Positions 40,100 through 50,760 of a stretch of DNA of 64,000 bases are shown piece by piece. Each line of letters begins with the position of its first letter. The first letter of the stretch is position 1. The position numbers were made by a program, and so were the translations under genes. A model generated the notes under the pieces. The model saw only the letters and a program-made list of their open reading frames with translations, had not been told where the DNA came from and made no database searches. The stretch comes from Azoarcus sp. (GTDB lineage Bacteria > Pseudomonadota > Gammaproteobacteria > Burkholderiales > Rhodocyclaceae). Where the stretch lies: NCBI GenBank assembly GCA_031289095.1, contig JAITQD010000116.1, positions 7,359-71,358 on the forward strand, read 5' to 3'.

Positions 40100-42472
40100 T
40101 TACCTGAACGACCGCTCCTCGACCGGTGCGGGGCGCTGCTGCTGGTGCGGCGGCGTAGGCGCGTGGCGTTCGCCTGGGGTGAGGCCAAACAGAGATCTGA
40201 ACCAGTCGGTTTCTCCATCTTCGGGTTCGACCGTCAGGGCGGGGGGCTGGTTTTCGGAGTAATAGACGTCCTCGCGGTTGCCGTCCCCGACGCGGGCGCT
40301 GCTGATGCCCGTCGGGCGGGGAAGTTGCGTCGTCGGCATGCCCGCGAGCGCGGCGCGCATGTAGTTGATCCAGATCGGCAGCGCCGCCGCGCCGCCGGTT
40401 TCGCCCTTGCCAAGGTTGCGCGGGGTGGGAAAGCCGATCCAGGAGACGGCGGCGACCTGGGTGTTATAGCCGCAGAACCAGGCATCGACGAAGTCATTGG
40501 TCGTGCCGGTCTTGCCCGCGAGGTCGTCGCGGTTGAGGCTGCGGGCGCGGGTAGCGGTGCCGCGGCGCACCACGTCCTGCAACATCGAGGTCATGATCCA
40601 GGCGTTGCGTCCGTCAATCACCCGTTTTGCGTCGACGCCAGCGGTCGGCGGCGCGGTGCGGGCGATCAGCTTGTCGTTGCTGTCCCGGATTTCCTTGATC
40701 ACGTACGGGTTGATGCGAAAGCCGCCATTGGCGAACACGGCGTAGGCGGTGGCCATTTCCCACGGTGTGACCGAACCCGCGCCCAGCGCCATGGTCAGGT
40801 AGGGGGGATGATGGGCGGCGTTGAAGCCGAAACGGCTGATGTGGCTCTGAGCATAGCGCGGCGTGATGTCCTCGAGCACCCGGATGGCCGGGATGTTCTT
40901 CGAGTGCGCCAAGGCGTCGCGCAAGGTGACAATGCCGCTGAATTTGCCGTCGTAGTTGTGCGGCGTCCATTCATGCCCGGTGATGCTGCCTTCCGGGTAG
41001 TACAGAGGCTCGTCCGCGATCAGCGAGCCGGGGGCGTAACCGCGTTCGAGGCTGGCGGAGTAGATGAAAGGCTTGAAGCTGGAGCCGGGCTGGCGCTCCG
41101 CCTGGGTGACGTTGTTGAACTGCCTGCGGTTGTAGTCGAAGCCGCCCACCAGGGCGCGCGTGGCGCCGGTACGGGCGTCTATCGACAGCAGGGCGGCCTC
41201 GACGTCCGGCAACTGGGTGATTTCCCAGCCTTTACCGGCATTGCGGATGCGCACCAGCGCGCCCCGCCGCACCCGGCGCGTCGGCGACGCTTTGTCACTC
41301 AACAGAGGGGCGGCGAAGCGCAAACCGTCACTGGCGATCGGGATGGTCTGGCCGTTGCGATAGACCGTGACTTCCTTCGCCGTAGCCCGGGTCACGACGG
41401 CAGCGAGCAGATCGCCGTAGTCGCGCGCCTGGGTGATTTCCTCGTCGAGTGTTTCCTCGTCCAGCGCGTCGGCCTGTAGGGGGAGATATTTTTCCGGGCC
41501 GCGGTAGCCATGGCGGCGGTCGTAGTCCATGACGCCCTGACGCAGGGCTTCGTAGGCGGCCTCCTGCTCGGCGCGGTGGATCGTGGTGATGATTTTGAAG
41601 CCAGCCTGGTAAGCCTGGTCGCCGAATTGTTCGATGGCGATCTGGCGCGCGATTTCGGCCACATATTCGGCGTGTACCGGGCTGACGATGTGGGGATCGC
41701 GCGCGGCGCTGCCGGCGCCTGTCCGCACTGTTTCGTGCGCGGCTTGCCGGTATTGGTCTTCGGTAATGAAACCCGCTTCGACCATGCGCCGCAGGACGTA
41801 GAGCTGCCGTTGTTGCGCGCGCACGGGGTTGGAAATCGGATTGATTTTGGTGGGGGCCTTGGGCAAACCAGCGAGCATGGCGGATTCGGCCAGGGTGAGT
41901 TCGGCGAGCCGCTTGCCGAAGTAGATCTGGGCGGCAGCCGAGAAGCCGTAGGCGCGCTGGCCGAGGAAGATCTGGTTGACGTAGAGTTCGAGAATCTGAT
42001 CCTTGCTGAGACTGTGCTCGATTTTGAGCGACAACAGGGTTTCATACAGCTTGCGGTTGTACGACCTCTCCCGGCTCAGGAAAAAATTGCGCGCCACCTG
42101 CATGGTGATCGTCGATGCGCCCTGCCCGCGCGTGCCGGAGCGCAGATTGTTGATGAATGCGCGCGCGAGACCCACGATGTCGATGCCCATGTGTCCGTAG
42201 AAATTTTCGTCTTCCGCCGCCAGCAACGCCTGTCTGAGCTGAAGGGGGACATCGGCGATCTTGACCACCGTGCGCCGCTCATCGCCGAATTCGCTGATCA
42301 GGTAGCCGTCGGCGGTATAGACGCGCAGGGGGATGCGCGGGCGGTAGTCGGTCAGTGTTTCGAGGGAAGGCAGTTTGGGCCAGGCCAGCAGGGAAACCGC
42401 CGCCAGTGTAGCCAATCCGATCACCAACAGCGCCAGCAGCGCGGCGAGCGGGTACAGGAACCAGCGCATCAT
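40100..42472 (-). CDS. mrcA: Penicillin-binding protein 1A (bifunctional transglycosylase/transpeptidase)
   Basis: EDENFYGHMGID glycosyltransferase motif and SSFKP transpeptidase motif. Start taken at the MMRWFLY methionines. Confidence 0.95.
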   Translation of the reverse strand: MMRWFLYPLAALLALLVIGLATLAAVSLLAWPKLPSLETLTDYRPRIPLRVYTADGYLISEFGDERRTVVKIADVPLQLRQALLAAEDENFYGHMGIDIVGLARAFINNLRSGTRGQGASTITMQVARNFFLSRERSYNRKLYETLLSLKIEHSLSKDQILELYVNQIFLGQRAYGFSAAAQIYFGKRLAELTLAESAMLAGLPKAPTKINPISNPVRAQQRQLYVLRRMVEAGFITEDQYRQAAHETVRTGAGSAARDPHIVSPVHAEYVAEIARQIAIEQFGDQAYQAGFKIITTIHRAEQEAAYEALRQGVMDYDRRHGYRGPEKYLPLQADALDEETLDEEITQARDYGDLLAAVVTRATAKEVTVYRNGQTIPIASDGLRFAAPLLSDKASPTRRVRRGALVRIRNAGKGWEITQLPDVEAALLSIDARTGATRALVGGFDYNRRQFNNVTQAERQPGSSFKPFIYSASLERGYAPGSLIADEPLYYPEGSITGHEWTPHNYDGKFSGIVTLRDALAHSKNIPAIRVLEDITPRYAQSHISRFGFNAAHHPPYLTMALGAGSVTPWEMATAYAVFANGGFRINPYVIKEIRDSNDKLIARTAPPTAGVDAKRVIDGRNAWIMTSMLQDVVRRGTATRARSLNRDDLAGKTGTTNDFVDAWFCGYNTQVAAVSWIGFPTPRNLGKGETGGAAALPIWINYMRAALAGMPTTQLPRPTGISSARVGDGNREDVYYSENQPPALTVEPEDGETDWFRSLFGLTPGERHAPTPPHQQQRPAPVEERSFR

Positions 42473-42774
42473 TTGTCCGTATGAAGTAAAACGGAACACA
42501 TTATATATAGGATGAATCGTCTTTCCCCTCGTGCGGGCAACATGCGCGGACATGTGAAATCTGCACTGCGTACGGAAGACGTCACTGCCGTTACCACATC
42601 GCAGGACAGCAAAACCTTATCTGCCGCTGACCGCGAACAATGTCACTTCGGATTGTCTTCGCAGATATTACTTGCTTGAAGCCTGCTTGAAGCTTGGCAT
42701 ACACTGGGTTTGGGGTCGGCAGGCGGTGGAAATGTCCTGACGTTCTCGTCCGATGCGAACAAATAGGGGCTTTT

Positions 42775-43848
42775 GTGATCGATATCTCGTTATTTCGTGC
42801 AAAATCACGCCAGCTCGCGGGGCTCGATATTTCGTCCTCTTCGATCAAGCTTGTGGAGCTGACGGCGGGAGAGCGTGGTGGCCCGAAAGTGGAACGCTAC
42901 GCGATAGAGGTGCTGCCGCGCGAGGCTGTGGCGGATGGCAACATCGCCAACTTCGACGCCGTGGCCGACAGTCTGCGCCGCGCCCTGCGACGCTTCGGTG
43001 CGGGAGGCAAGAACGTCGCCATCGCCCTGCCGGCGTCTGCGGTCTTCACCCGGAAGATCCTCCTGCCCGCCGGTCTGCGCGAGGTGGAAATGGAAACGCA
43101 GGTCGAGTCCGAGGCCACCCAGTTCATTCCTTTCTCGCTCGACGAAGTCAATCTCGATTTCCAGGTCGTCGGCCCGGGAACCAGCCCCGACGAAGTCGAG
43201 GTGGTTGTCGCCGCCTCGCGCAAGGAAAAGATCGAAGACCGGATCGGCGTAGTGGAAGCCTGTGGCCTCAAGGCGGTGGTTGTCGACGTTGAGTCCCTGG
43301 CGCTCGAAGCCGCCTTTGAACTGGTGGCGCGCCAGTTGCCCGGCGGCGGCGCTGGCAAACTGGTGGCGCTGGTGGATATCGGCGCTGCCGTAATGAATTT
43401 CACGGTTTTGCGCAACGGGCAAAGGGTCTATGCACGCGAACAGGCTTTTGGCGGCAACCAGTTGACCCAGGATATTGCCCGCCAGTACGGCATGGACGCG
43501 GACGAAGCCGAGACGGCCAAGCGTACCGGAGGACTGCCCGGAGATTACACAAGCGATTTGCTGCAACCGTTCATGGACAGCCTGGCGCTCGAAGTGTCGC
43601 GCGCCCTGCAATTCTTCTTCACTTCCACGCAATACAACGAAGTCGATTATCTCGTGCTCGCCGGAGGGTGCGCGGCAATACCCGGGCTGGCGAACGTCGT
43701 TGCCGGGCGCACCCAGGTGCAGACACTGGTGGCCAATCCCTTTGCGGGCATGTCCGTATCGGCGAAGCTCGGCGCCAAAAAACTGCTGACCGACGCGCCA
43801 TCCCTGATGGTGGCGTGCGGTTTGGCCTTGCGGAGGTTCGACGCATGA
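42775..43848 (+). CDS. pilM: Type IV pilus assembly protein PilM
   Basis: Actin-like ATPase fold (GLDISSSSIKLVEL). GTG start chosen, so the start is uncertain. Confidence 0.9.
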   Translation: MIDISLFRAKSRQLAGLDISSSSIKLVELTAGERGGPKVERYAIEVLPREAVADGNIANFDAVADSLRRALRRFGAGGKNVAIALPASAVFTRKILLPAGLREVEMETQVESEATQFIPFSLDEVNLDFQVVGPGTSPDEVEVVVAASRKEKIEDRIGVVEACGLKAVVVDVESLALEAAFELVARQLPGGGAGKLVALVDIGAAVMNFTVLRNGQRVYAREQAFGGNQLTQDIARQYGMDADEAETAKRTGGLPGDYTSDLLQPFMDSLALEVSRALQFFFTSTQYNEVDYLVLAGGCAAIPGLANVVAGRTQVQTLVANPFAGMSVSAKLGAKKLLTDAPSLMVACGLALRRFDA

Positions 43849-44435
43849 TCAGGATCAACCTCCTTCCGCACCGGGAAGAAAAACGCAGGGAACGGCGGCA
43901 GCAGTTTTACGTGGTTTTCGTGTTGATGCTCGTGCTTGGGGCAGCCGTCTGGTTTCTGGTTCATATGGTCAATGCCGGGAACATCGGGAGCCAGGAAGCG
44001 CGCAACCGGTATATCCAGGAAGAAAACGCCAAACTCGACAAAGTGATTGCCGATATCAAGGATCTGCGGGGGCAGATCGACCGCCTGACTGCCCGCAAGC
44101 AGGTAATCGAGACCTTGCAGAGCAACCGTGCCGAAACCGTGCATCTTTTCAACGAATTGATCGCACGGGTACCGCCAGGTGTCTATCTGACCTCGGTGGC
44201 GCAAACGGACAACACGATCACCTTGAAAGGCTATGCGCAATCCAACGCGCGTGTCTCGCAGCTGATGAGCAGCCTCAACGATTCGCCCTTCCTGGAAAAT
44301 TCCGAAGTCGTCAAGAGCGTGGCAGAAATGGTCAACACCCGGCGCGCCTATAACTTCGAAGTCAATGTTTCCATTGAGCACACTTCCGTGCAGACGGGTG
44401 AAACGGCGGATGCCGCGCCAGCGCGCAAAGGATGA
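43845..44435 (+). CDS. pilN: Type IV pilus assembly protein PilN
   Basis: MIRINLLPHREEKR N-terminus. ATGA overlap with pilM. Confidence 0.9.
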   Translation: MIRINLLPHREEKRRERRQQFYVVFVLMLVLGAAVWFLVHMVNAGNIGSQEARNRYIQEENAKLDKVIADIKDLRGQIDRLTARKQVIETLQSNRAETVHLFNELIARVPPGVYLTSVAQTDNTITLKGYAQSNARVSQLMSSLNDSPFLENSEVVKSVAEMVNTRRAYNFEVNVSIEHTSVQTGETADAAPARKG

Positions 44436-45095
44436 GTGGCGATGAACTTCGATTTCCAACGATTGCAGAACGATTTCCAGGGATTGAACTTCAACGATCC
44501 CGGTGTCTGGCCGCTCGCGCCCAAAATCGCCGCCTTCGCATTGGCGCTGACCGCTGTGGTTGCGGTGGGCTGGCTCCTCGACTGGTCGGATCAGTGGAAC
44601 ACCCTGGAACAAAGCAAGGTGCAGGAACAACAGTTGCGCGAGCAGTGGGTTGGCAAGAAGCGCCATGCCGTCAATTTCAGCGAATACCAGCGCCAACTGG
44701 CGGAGATCAATCGCCAACTGGAAACCCTGGTCAGGCAATTGCCCGGCAAGGCCGAGATGGAGTCCCTGCTCTCGGATATCAACCAGGCCGGGATCGGGCG
44801 CGGCTTGCAATTCGATCTGTTCCAGCCGGAAAAGGACAGCATCAGGGAGTTCTACGCGGCGGTACCGGTCAAGATCAGCGTGACCGGCAGCTATAACGAC
44901 CTGGGCGAATTCGCCAGCGACGTCGCCAAGATGCCGCGCATCGTGACCATCAAGAACATGGTGCTCACGGTTGCGCCGCCGCCGGCCAACAAAAAAGAGA
45001 AAGTCGATGGCCGTCTGAAGCTGGACGCGACGGCGGAAACCTACCGCTATCTCGAACAGGATGAGCTGGCAAAGCAGCGGGGAGAAAACAAATGA
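44436..45095 (+). CDS. pilO: Type IV pilus assembly protein PilO
   Basis: Single TM helix plus coiled coil, in the conserved operon position. Start is GTG 44436 or ATG 44442. Confidence 0.9.
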   Translation: MAMNFDFQRLQNDFQGLNFNDPGVWPLAPKIAAFALALTAVVAVGWLLDWSDQWNTLEQSKVQEQQLREQWVGKKRHAVNFSEYQRQLAEINRQLETLVRQLPGKAEMESLLSDINQAGIGRGLQFDLFQPEKDSIREFYAAVPVKISVTGSYNDLGEFASDVAKMPRIVTIKNMVLTVAPPPANKKEKVDGRLKLDATAETYRYLEQDELAKQRGENK

Positions 45096-45622
45096 AAGGC
45101 GCGCTTGCTGTTGCGACGGTATGCGCCGCCCTGCTGGCTGGCTGCGCGGACGACCAGGAAGACATCCAGCAATGGATGGACGAGCAGACGGTGGGGATGC
45201 GTGGAGCGGTCAAACCCATACCGGAGATCAAGATTTTCACGGTGGTCGACTACCAGGCTACGGAAGATGCGGAGCCATTCAATGCCACCAGACTGGAACC
45301 CAAGAGACCGGAAAAGCAGCAGATCGACGATCCGCGTCTCAACCCAGACCGGCAGCGCGAACCCCTGGAGTCTTTCCCGCTGGAATCCCTGAAGATGGTC
45401 GGGGCAATGACTCAGGGCAAGGATATTCACGCGCTTATCCAGGCGGACAGCGCGTTATACCAAGTGCGTATCGGAAATTTTTTGGGACAGCATTACGGGA
45501 GAATCGTTGCGATTACCGAGGACACGGTGGAGCTTCAAGAGCTGATCGAAGACCCCAACGAGGGTTGGATCGAACGTAATAATTCATTGCGGCTGCAAGA
45601 GCGGCAGGAGGCAGGAAAATGA
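45092..45622 (+). CDS. pilP: Type IV pilus assembly lipoprotein PilP
   Basis: Lipobox LLAGC and operon position. Confidence 0.9.
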   Translation: MKGALAVATVCAALLAGCADDQEDIQQWMDEQTVGMRGAVKPIPEIKIFTVVDYQATEDAEPFNATRLEPKRPEKQQIDDPRLNPDRQREPLESFPLESLKMVGAMTQGKDIHALIQADSALYQVRIGNFLGQHYGRIVAITEDTVELQELIEDPNEGWIERNNSLRLQERQEAGK

Positions 45623-47817
45623 GTAACAGAATCAGTACGTTACTGCTGGCAGTAGCAGCGGCTGGATTGTTCATGCCGGGAATGTCGGCATGGGCGCAAA
45701 CGAACGATCCGGCCCAGACGGTGGCTGGCGTCAATCTCAACAACATCCGGTCGCTGGACGTGGCCGAAGACGGCAACACGCTGTACGTGCGCCTGATCAC
45801 CCAAACGCCCCTGGCAGCGCTTCCAGCCAGCTTCACCGTGGCCAACCCGCCAAGCATCGCCTTCGATTTTCCCGCTACGGCCAATGGCCTCGGGCAGGGT
45901 GTGCAGAGCATCGAACGCGGCGATTTGCGTAGCGCCAACATCGTCCAGGTGGGCGACCGCACCCGCGTGGTGCTCAACTTGGCGCGCTTGCTTGCCTACG
46001 ATACCCGTGTCGACGGCAATACCGTAACCGTCGCCTTGTCGGCGAGCGGTGCGACGACCGCTGCTTCGGGGGCTGCCCGCCTGCCCGCCCTCAGTCGCGC
46101 GACCGAGCCGGCCACGGCCAGAACGGGGCGGAGCGTCAGCGACATCAACTTCCGCCGTGGCACAGGGGGAGAGGGCCGGATCGTCGTCCAGCTCTCCAAC
46201 GCAGACATCGGGGTCGACGTGCAGCAGCAGGGCGGCAAGCTGGTGGTGAGTTTCCTCAAGACGGCGCTACCGGACAACCTGCGCCGCCGCTCCGACGTCA
46301 CCGACTTCGGCACGCCGGTCACGTTTCTGCAAGCCGAGCAGCAAGGCGAGAACGTTCGCCTGACCGTGGCGCCGAACGGGTTGTGGGAGCACAACGCTTA
46401 CCAGAGCGACGACCAGTTCGTCCTTGAAGTCAAGCGTGTCGTCGAAGACCCCAACAAGCTCGTGCAGAAAGGGAGCGGACGCGCCAGGTACGCGGGCGAC
46501 AAGCTCTCGCTCAACTTCCAGAACGTCGATGTGCGCTCGGTGTTGCAGGTCATCGCCGACTTCACCGATTTCAACATCGTCACCTCCGACTCCGTGCAGG
46601 GCAACCTTACCCTGCGCCTGAAGGACGTACCCTGGGATCAGGCGCTCGACATCATCCTCCAGGCCAAGGGGCTGGACATGCGCAAGAACGGCAACGTGAT
46701 CTGGATCGCGCCGGGTGAAGAACTCGCAGTACGCGAAAAAATGATCAACGAAGCGCGCGCGCAGGTCGAAGAACTGGAGCCGCTGCAAACCGAGAGCTTC
46801 CAGGTCAATTACCACCGCGCCACCGAGATCACCAATTTCTTGCAGGCCAAGGGCCAGACCGTCCTCTCCAAGCGCGGCAGCGTCGTGGTCGATGATCGCA
46901 GCAACAAGGTCTTCGTGACCGACGTCGGCTCCCGTCTCACCGACGTGCGCCGGGTGATCACCGAAATCGACATCGCACCGCGCCAGGTGCTGATCGAAGC
47001 CCGTATCGTCGAGGCCAACAAGAACTTCGCGCGTGACCTTGGCGTGAAACTGGGCTATGGCGACTCGAAGCTGAAGAACCTGGGCAACGGCGCACAGATC
47101 GGATTTGGCCACACCAATTTCGCCAACATCGACCAGAGCGCCGGCACGATTACCGAATACAGTCCGGGCAGCAGCGGTACGTACAACGGCATCTCGGTTT
47201 TCCCCGCGGGCGCCGCCGGCGCGCCGGCCTGGAGTGGCAACGGGCTGGAGAATATGTTTGGGCAACTCGGCCTGACGCTGGTCAACAAAAACCTGACCCG
47301 TTTCCTGAACATCGAGTTGCAGGCGCAGGAAACCGATGGCAAGGCGCGGATCGTTTCCAGCCCGCGCGTGCTGACGGCCAACAACGTCGAGGCACTGATC
47401 GAGCAGGGCAAGGACATTCCTTATCAGGAATCGAGCAGCTCCGGGGCGACTACTGTGTCGTTCAAGAAAGCGGTGCTTTCTCTCAGGGTCAAGCCGCAGA
47501 TCACGCCTGACGGACGCCTCCAGCTCACCATCCAGGTCAACAAGGACAATGCGCTGATGAACGAAAAGGTCAACGGCGTGCCGCCCGTGGAAACCAAGAG
47601 CGTCAAGAGTGACGTGTTGATCGACAACGGCGGCACCGTGGTCATCGGCGGCGTCTATCTCGAAGACGAACACAGCCAGGTCGACAAAGTGCCTCTCCTG
47701 GGCGACATCCCTGTTCTCGGGCATCTTTTCCGCACGACGACCAAGGCAAAGTCCGAATCGGAACTGCTGATCTTCGTGACGCCGCGCATCGTCGATGAAT
47801 CCCTGACCTTGCGCTGA
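45619..47817 (+). CDS. pilQ: Type IV pilus secretin PilQ
   Basis: 732 aa with a C-terminal secretin domain (VPLLGDIPVLGHLFR). Confidence 0.95.
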   Translation: MSNRISTLLLAVAAAGLFMPGMSAWAQTNDPAQTVAGVNLNNIRSLDVAEDGNTLYVRLITQTPLAALPASFTVANPPSIAFDFPATANGLGQGVQSIERGDLRSANIVQVGDRTRVVLNLARLLAYDTRVDGNTVTVALSASGATTAASGAARLPALSRATEPATARTGRSVSDINFRRGTGGEGRIVVQLSNADIGVDVQQQGGKLVVSFLKTALPDNLRRRSDVTDFGTPVTFLQAEQQGENVRLTVAPNGLWEHNAYQSDDQFVLEVKRVVEDPNKLVQKGSGRARYAGDKLSLNFQNVDVRSVLQVIADFTDFNIVTSDSVQGNLTLRLKDVPWDQALDIILQAKGLDMRKNGNVIWIAPGEELAVREKMINEARAQVEELEPLQTESFQVNYHRATEITNFLQAKGQTVLSKRGSVVVDDRSNKVFVTDVGSRLTDVRRVITEIDIAPRQVLIEARIVEANKNFARDLGVKLGYGDSKLKNLGNGAQIGFGHTNFANIDQSAGTITEYSPGSSGTYNGISVFPAGAAGAPAWSGNGLENMFGQLGLTLVNKNLTRFLNIELQAQETDGKARIVSSPRVLTANNVEALIEQGKDIPYQESSSSGATTVSFKKAVLSLRVKPQITPDGRLQLTIQVNKDNALMNEKVNGVPPVETKSVKSDVLIDNGGTVVIGGVYLEDEHSQVDKVPLLGDIPVLGHLFRTTTKAKSESELLIFVTPRIVDESLTLR

Positions 47818-47844
47818 AGTTCCGTTGTCACCTGTTATGATGCG

Positions 47845-47879
47845 AGGCGGCGTTCCTTAAAAGGAACGCCGCCTTTCTC
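47845..47879 (+). terminator. Rho-independent terminator after pilQ
   Basis: 12-bp stem AGGCGGCGTTCC/GGAACGCCGCCT with loop TTAAAA, followed by TTCTC. Confidence 0.7.
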
Positions 47880-47884
47880 ATTGA

Positions 47885-48436
47885 ATGACGACAACGACAT
47901 CCGTGATCTGTCTGATCCTGATCGGCATGATGGGGGCCGGCAAAACAACGGTGGGGCGCGAACTGGCGCGGCGGCGCGGGACACGTTTCGCCGACTGCGA
48001 CCACGAACTCATCGCACGCACCGGCGTTTCGATTCCGGTCATCTTCGATATCGAAGGTGAGGCCGGTTTTCGCCGCCGTGAGGCGCGCTTGCTGGATGAA
48101 CTGACCGCCGAAAACGACATCGTTATCGCCACTGGCGGCGGTGTTGTGCTCGACCCCGCCAATCGCGCCCTGCTGGCGCGGCGCGGCATCGTCATTTACC
48201 TCGACGTGCCGTCGCACGTCCTGTGGGAACGCACCCGCCACGACCGCAACCGCCCCTTGCTCCAGGTAGACGATCCGCGCGCCCGTATCGTCGAACTGCA
48301 CTGCCAGCGCGACCCCCTGTACCGTGAAATCGCCGACATCGTCATCGACGGCGAGCGCGGCGGTTCCTCGGCAATGGTCAACCAAATCGAAAAAGCGCTG
48401 CTCGGCTTCGAGAAAAAACTTCCATGCACACCCTGA
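47885..48436 (+). CDS. aroK: Shikimate kinase
   Basis: Walker [12 protein letters not shown]. Confidence 0.9.
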   Translation: MTTTTSVICLILIGMMGAGKTTVGRELARRRGTRFADCDHELIARTGVSIPVIFDIEGEAGFRRREARLLDELTAENDIVIATGGGVVLDPANRALLARRGIVIYLDVPSHVLWERTRHDRNRPLLQVDDPRARIVELHCQRDPLYREIADIVIDGERGGSSAMVNQIEKALLGFEKKLPCTP

Positions 48437-49506
48437 ACGTCGCCTTGGGCGTGCGCAGCTACCCGATTCACATCGGGCGCGGCCTGCTCGATCGCCCCGA
48501 CCTGATCCTGCCGCAGTTGCGCACACGCAAGCTTGCAGTGGTGACGAACGAAGTGGTGGGGCCGCTCTACCTCGAACGGTTATGCGCGGGCCTGCGCCGC
48601 GAAAAGCTCGAAGTCGTCAGCGTCATCCTGCCAGACGGCGAGGCGCACAAAGAATGGCGGACGCTCAACCTCATCTTCGACATGCTGCTGCGCGAACGCT
48701 GCGAGCGCTCCAGCACCCTCATCGCCTTGGGCGGCGGCGTAGTCGGCGACATGGGCGGCTTTGCAGCGGCGTGCTACCAGCGCGGGATCGACTTCATCCA
48801 AGTGCCGACCACCCTGCTTGCACAAGTGGATTCCTCGGTGGGCGGCAAAACCGCGATCAATCACCCGCTCGGCAAAAACATGATCGGCGCTTTCCACCAG
48901 CCCCGTCTGGTGCTGGCTGACACCGAAACCCTTTCCACCCTGCCGGCGCGCGAGTTTTCCGCCGGTCTGGCCGAAGTCATCAAATACGGCCTGATCCGCG
49001 ACGCCGGGTTTTTCGCCTGGCTGGAGCAGAACATCGACGCCCTGCGCGCCCTGGAACCTGCGGCGCTGGCCTGGGCGATAGAACGCTCCTGCCACGCCAA
49101 GGCCGAAATCGTCGCTGCTGACGAAACCGAACAGGGCGAGCGCGCCCTGCTCAACCTCGGTCACACCTTCGGACACGCAATCGAAACCGGGTTGGGCTAC
49201 GGGCAATGGCTGCACGGCGAAGGCGTGGCCGCTGGCGCCATGATGGCGGCGGAACTTTCCCGTCGCCTGGGCTGGCTGGGCGACGAAGAAATGGCGCGCA
49301 TCGAGCGCCTGTTTGAACGCGCCGGCCTGCCGGTCTTCGGCCCGGCCCTGGGCGTGCCGCGCTACCTGGAACTGATGGCGCACGACAAAAAAGTAGAAGC
49401 GGGCAAACTGCGTTTCGTGCTGTTGCGCGGTCTGGGACGGGCCGTCGTGACAAGCGAGGCCGCGACCGCCGAGGTGGCCGCGGCCATCGAGGCGCGTTGC
49501 CGGTGA
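48424..49506 (+). CDS. aroB: 3-dehydroquinate synthase
   Basis: [27 protein letters not shown] and HGEGVAAG motifs. Confidence 0.95.
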   Translation: MHTLNVALGVRSYPIHIGRGLLDRPDLILPQLRTRKLAVVTNEVVGPLYLERLCAGLRREKLEVVSVILPDGEAHKEWRTLNLIFDMLLRERCERSSTLIALGGGVVGDMGGFAAACYQRGIDFIQVPTTLLAQVDSSVGGKTAINHPLGKNMIGAFHQPRLVLADTETLSTLPAREFSAGLAEVIKYGLIRDAGFFAWLEQNIDALRALEPAALAWAIERSCHAKAEIVAADETEQGERALLNLGHTFGHAIETGLGYGQWLHGEGVAAGAMMAAELSRRLGWLGDEEMARIERLFERAGLPVFGPALGVPRYLELMAHDKKVEAGKLRFVLLRGLGRAVVTSEAATAEVAAAIEARCR

Positions 49507-49606
49507 GGAAATCCTGAAAGGGTTTTCGTGGTCAGGGTCTCTTGCGGGAATCGGATCGTTCCCTCATTGCGGCGCATAGAATGCGTCGGTATCTTCCGGG
49601 AGCATC

Positions 49607-50743
49607 ATGGAACCACTCGCCGCTTACGCCGTCACCGAAGCCGTTTCGCGCGGTCGCCATCATGCCGAGCCTGCGCCGCAAGGAAGGGGCGAATTCCAGC
49701 GCGACCGTGACCGCATCATCCATTCAACCGCTTTTCGCCGCCTCGAATACAAAACCCAGGTCTTCATCAATCACGAAGGCGACCTTTTTCGCACCCGCCT
49801 GACCCATAGCCTGGAGGTAGCGCAACTGTCGCGCAGCATGGCGCGGGCGTTGCGGCTCAACGAAGACCTTGCCGAAGCGGTGGCGCTTGCGCACGACCTC
49901 GGGCACACGCCTTTCGGACACGCGGGGCAGGACACCCTGAATGCGTGCATGAAGGATCACGGCGGCTTCGAGCACAACCTGCAATCGCTGCGCATCGTCG
50001 ATTCCCTCGAAGAGCGCTACGCGGCTTTCGACGGGCTGAACCTGACGTTCGAGACGCGCGAAGGCATCCTGAAACATTGCTCGCCCGGAAACGCACATGC
50101 GCTCGGCGACGTTGGGCAACGCTTCTTGGACGGCACGCAGCCTTCGATCGAAGCACAACTGGTCAACCTCGCCGACGAGATCGCCTACAACAACCACGAC
50201 GTCGACGACGGCCTGCGCGCGAAACTGATTACGCTGGCGCAACTCGATGAGGTGACGATCTTCGCCCGCTGCCGCCGCGAGGTAGAAGCGCAATGGCCCG
50301 GTCTGCAAGGGCGGCGGTTCGTGCACGAAACCGTCCGGCGCATGATCAATGCCATGTCGCTCGATCTTATCGCCAACACACGCGCAAACATTGCGGCAGC
50401 GGGTGTCGAGACGTTCGCCGACGTGCGGCGCGCGCCAGTACTGGCCGCGTATTCCGAAGCAATGCGCCCGCAACTGCGCGAATTGAAAACTTTCCTGTTC
50501 GGCAACCTTTACCGGCATGAGCAGGTATTGCGCACCATCGACAAGGCGCGGCGCATCGTCGCCGATCTTTTTACCGCCTACATGGCCGACCCCGCCCTGT
50601 TACCGGGGCAGCATCAGGCGCGCGCGGAAGGGGACAAAGCGCGCGCCATCGCCGATTACATTGCTGGAATGACCGACCGCTATGCAGTGAAGGAGCACGA
50701 AAGATTGTGCAATGGCGGAGAATTTACAGGCTGCTACTACTAA
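49607..50743 (+). CDS. dgt: dGTP triphosphohydrolase-like HD-domain protein
   Basis: [17 protein letters not shown] and HSLEV...[10 protein letters not shown] motifs. Confidence 0.85.
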   Translation: MEPLAAYAVTEAVSRGRHHAEPAPQGRGEFQRDRDRIIHSTAFRRLEYKTQVFINHEGDLFRTRLTHSLEVAQLSRSMARALRLNEDLAEAVALAHDLGHTPFGHAGQDTLNACMKDHGGFEHNLQSLRIVDSLEERYAAFDGLNLTFETREGILKHCSPGNAHALGDVGQRFLDGTQPSIEAQLVNLADEIAYNNHDVDDGLRAKLITLAQLDEVTIFARCRREVEAQWPGLQGRRFVHETVRRMINAMSLDLIANTRANIAAAGVETFADVRRAPVLAAYSEAMRPQLRELKTFLFGNLYRHEQVLRTIDKARRIVADLFTAYMADPALLPGQHQARAEGDKARAIADYIAGMTDRYAVKEHERLCNGGEFTGCYY

Positions 50744-50760
50744 TTTGGCGATTTCGGGTT

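Noticed and set aside
39938-41479. 513-aa plus-strand ORF (and the similar 46267..47724 and 19936..21267 minus ORFs)
   Set aside because: These are antisense to mrcA, pilQ and ubiA/pyrF respectively. Same shadow-ORF signature.
49607-50743. dGTPase as a possible anti-phage dNTP-depletion defence gene
   Set aside because: It sits in a conserved housekeeping context after aroK-aroB with host-like composition. Nothing marks it as accessory.
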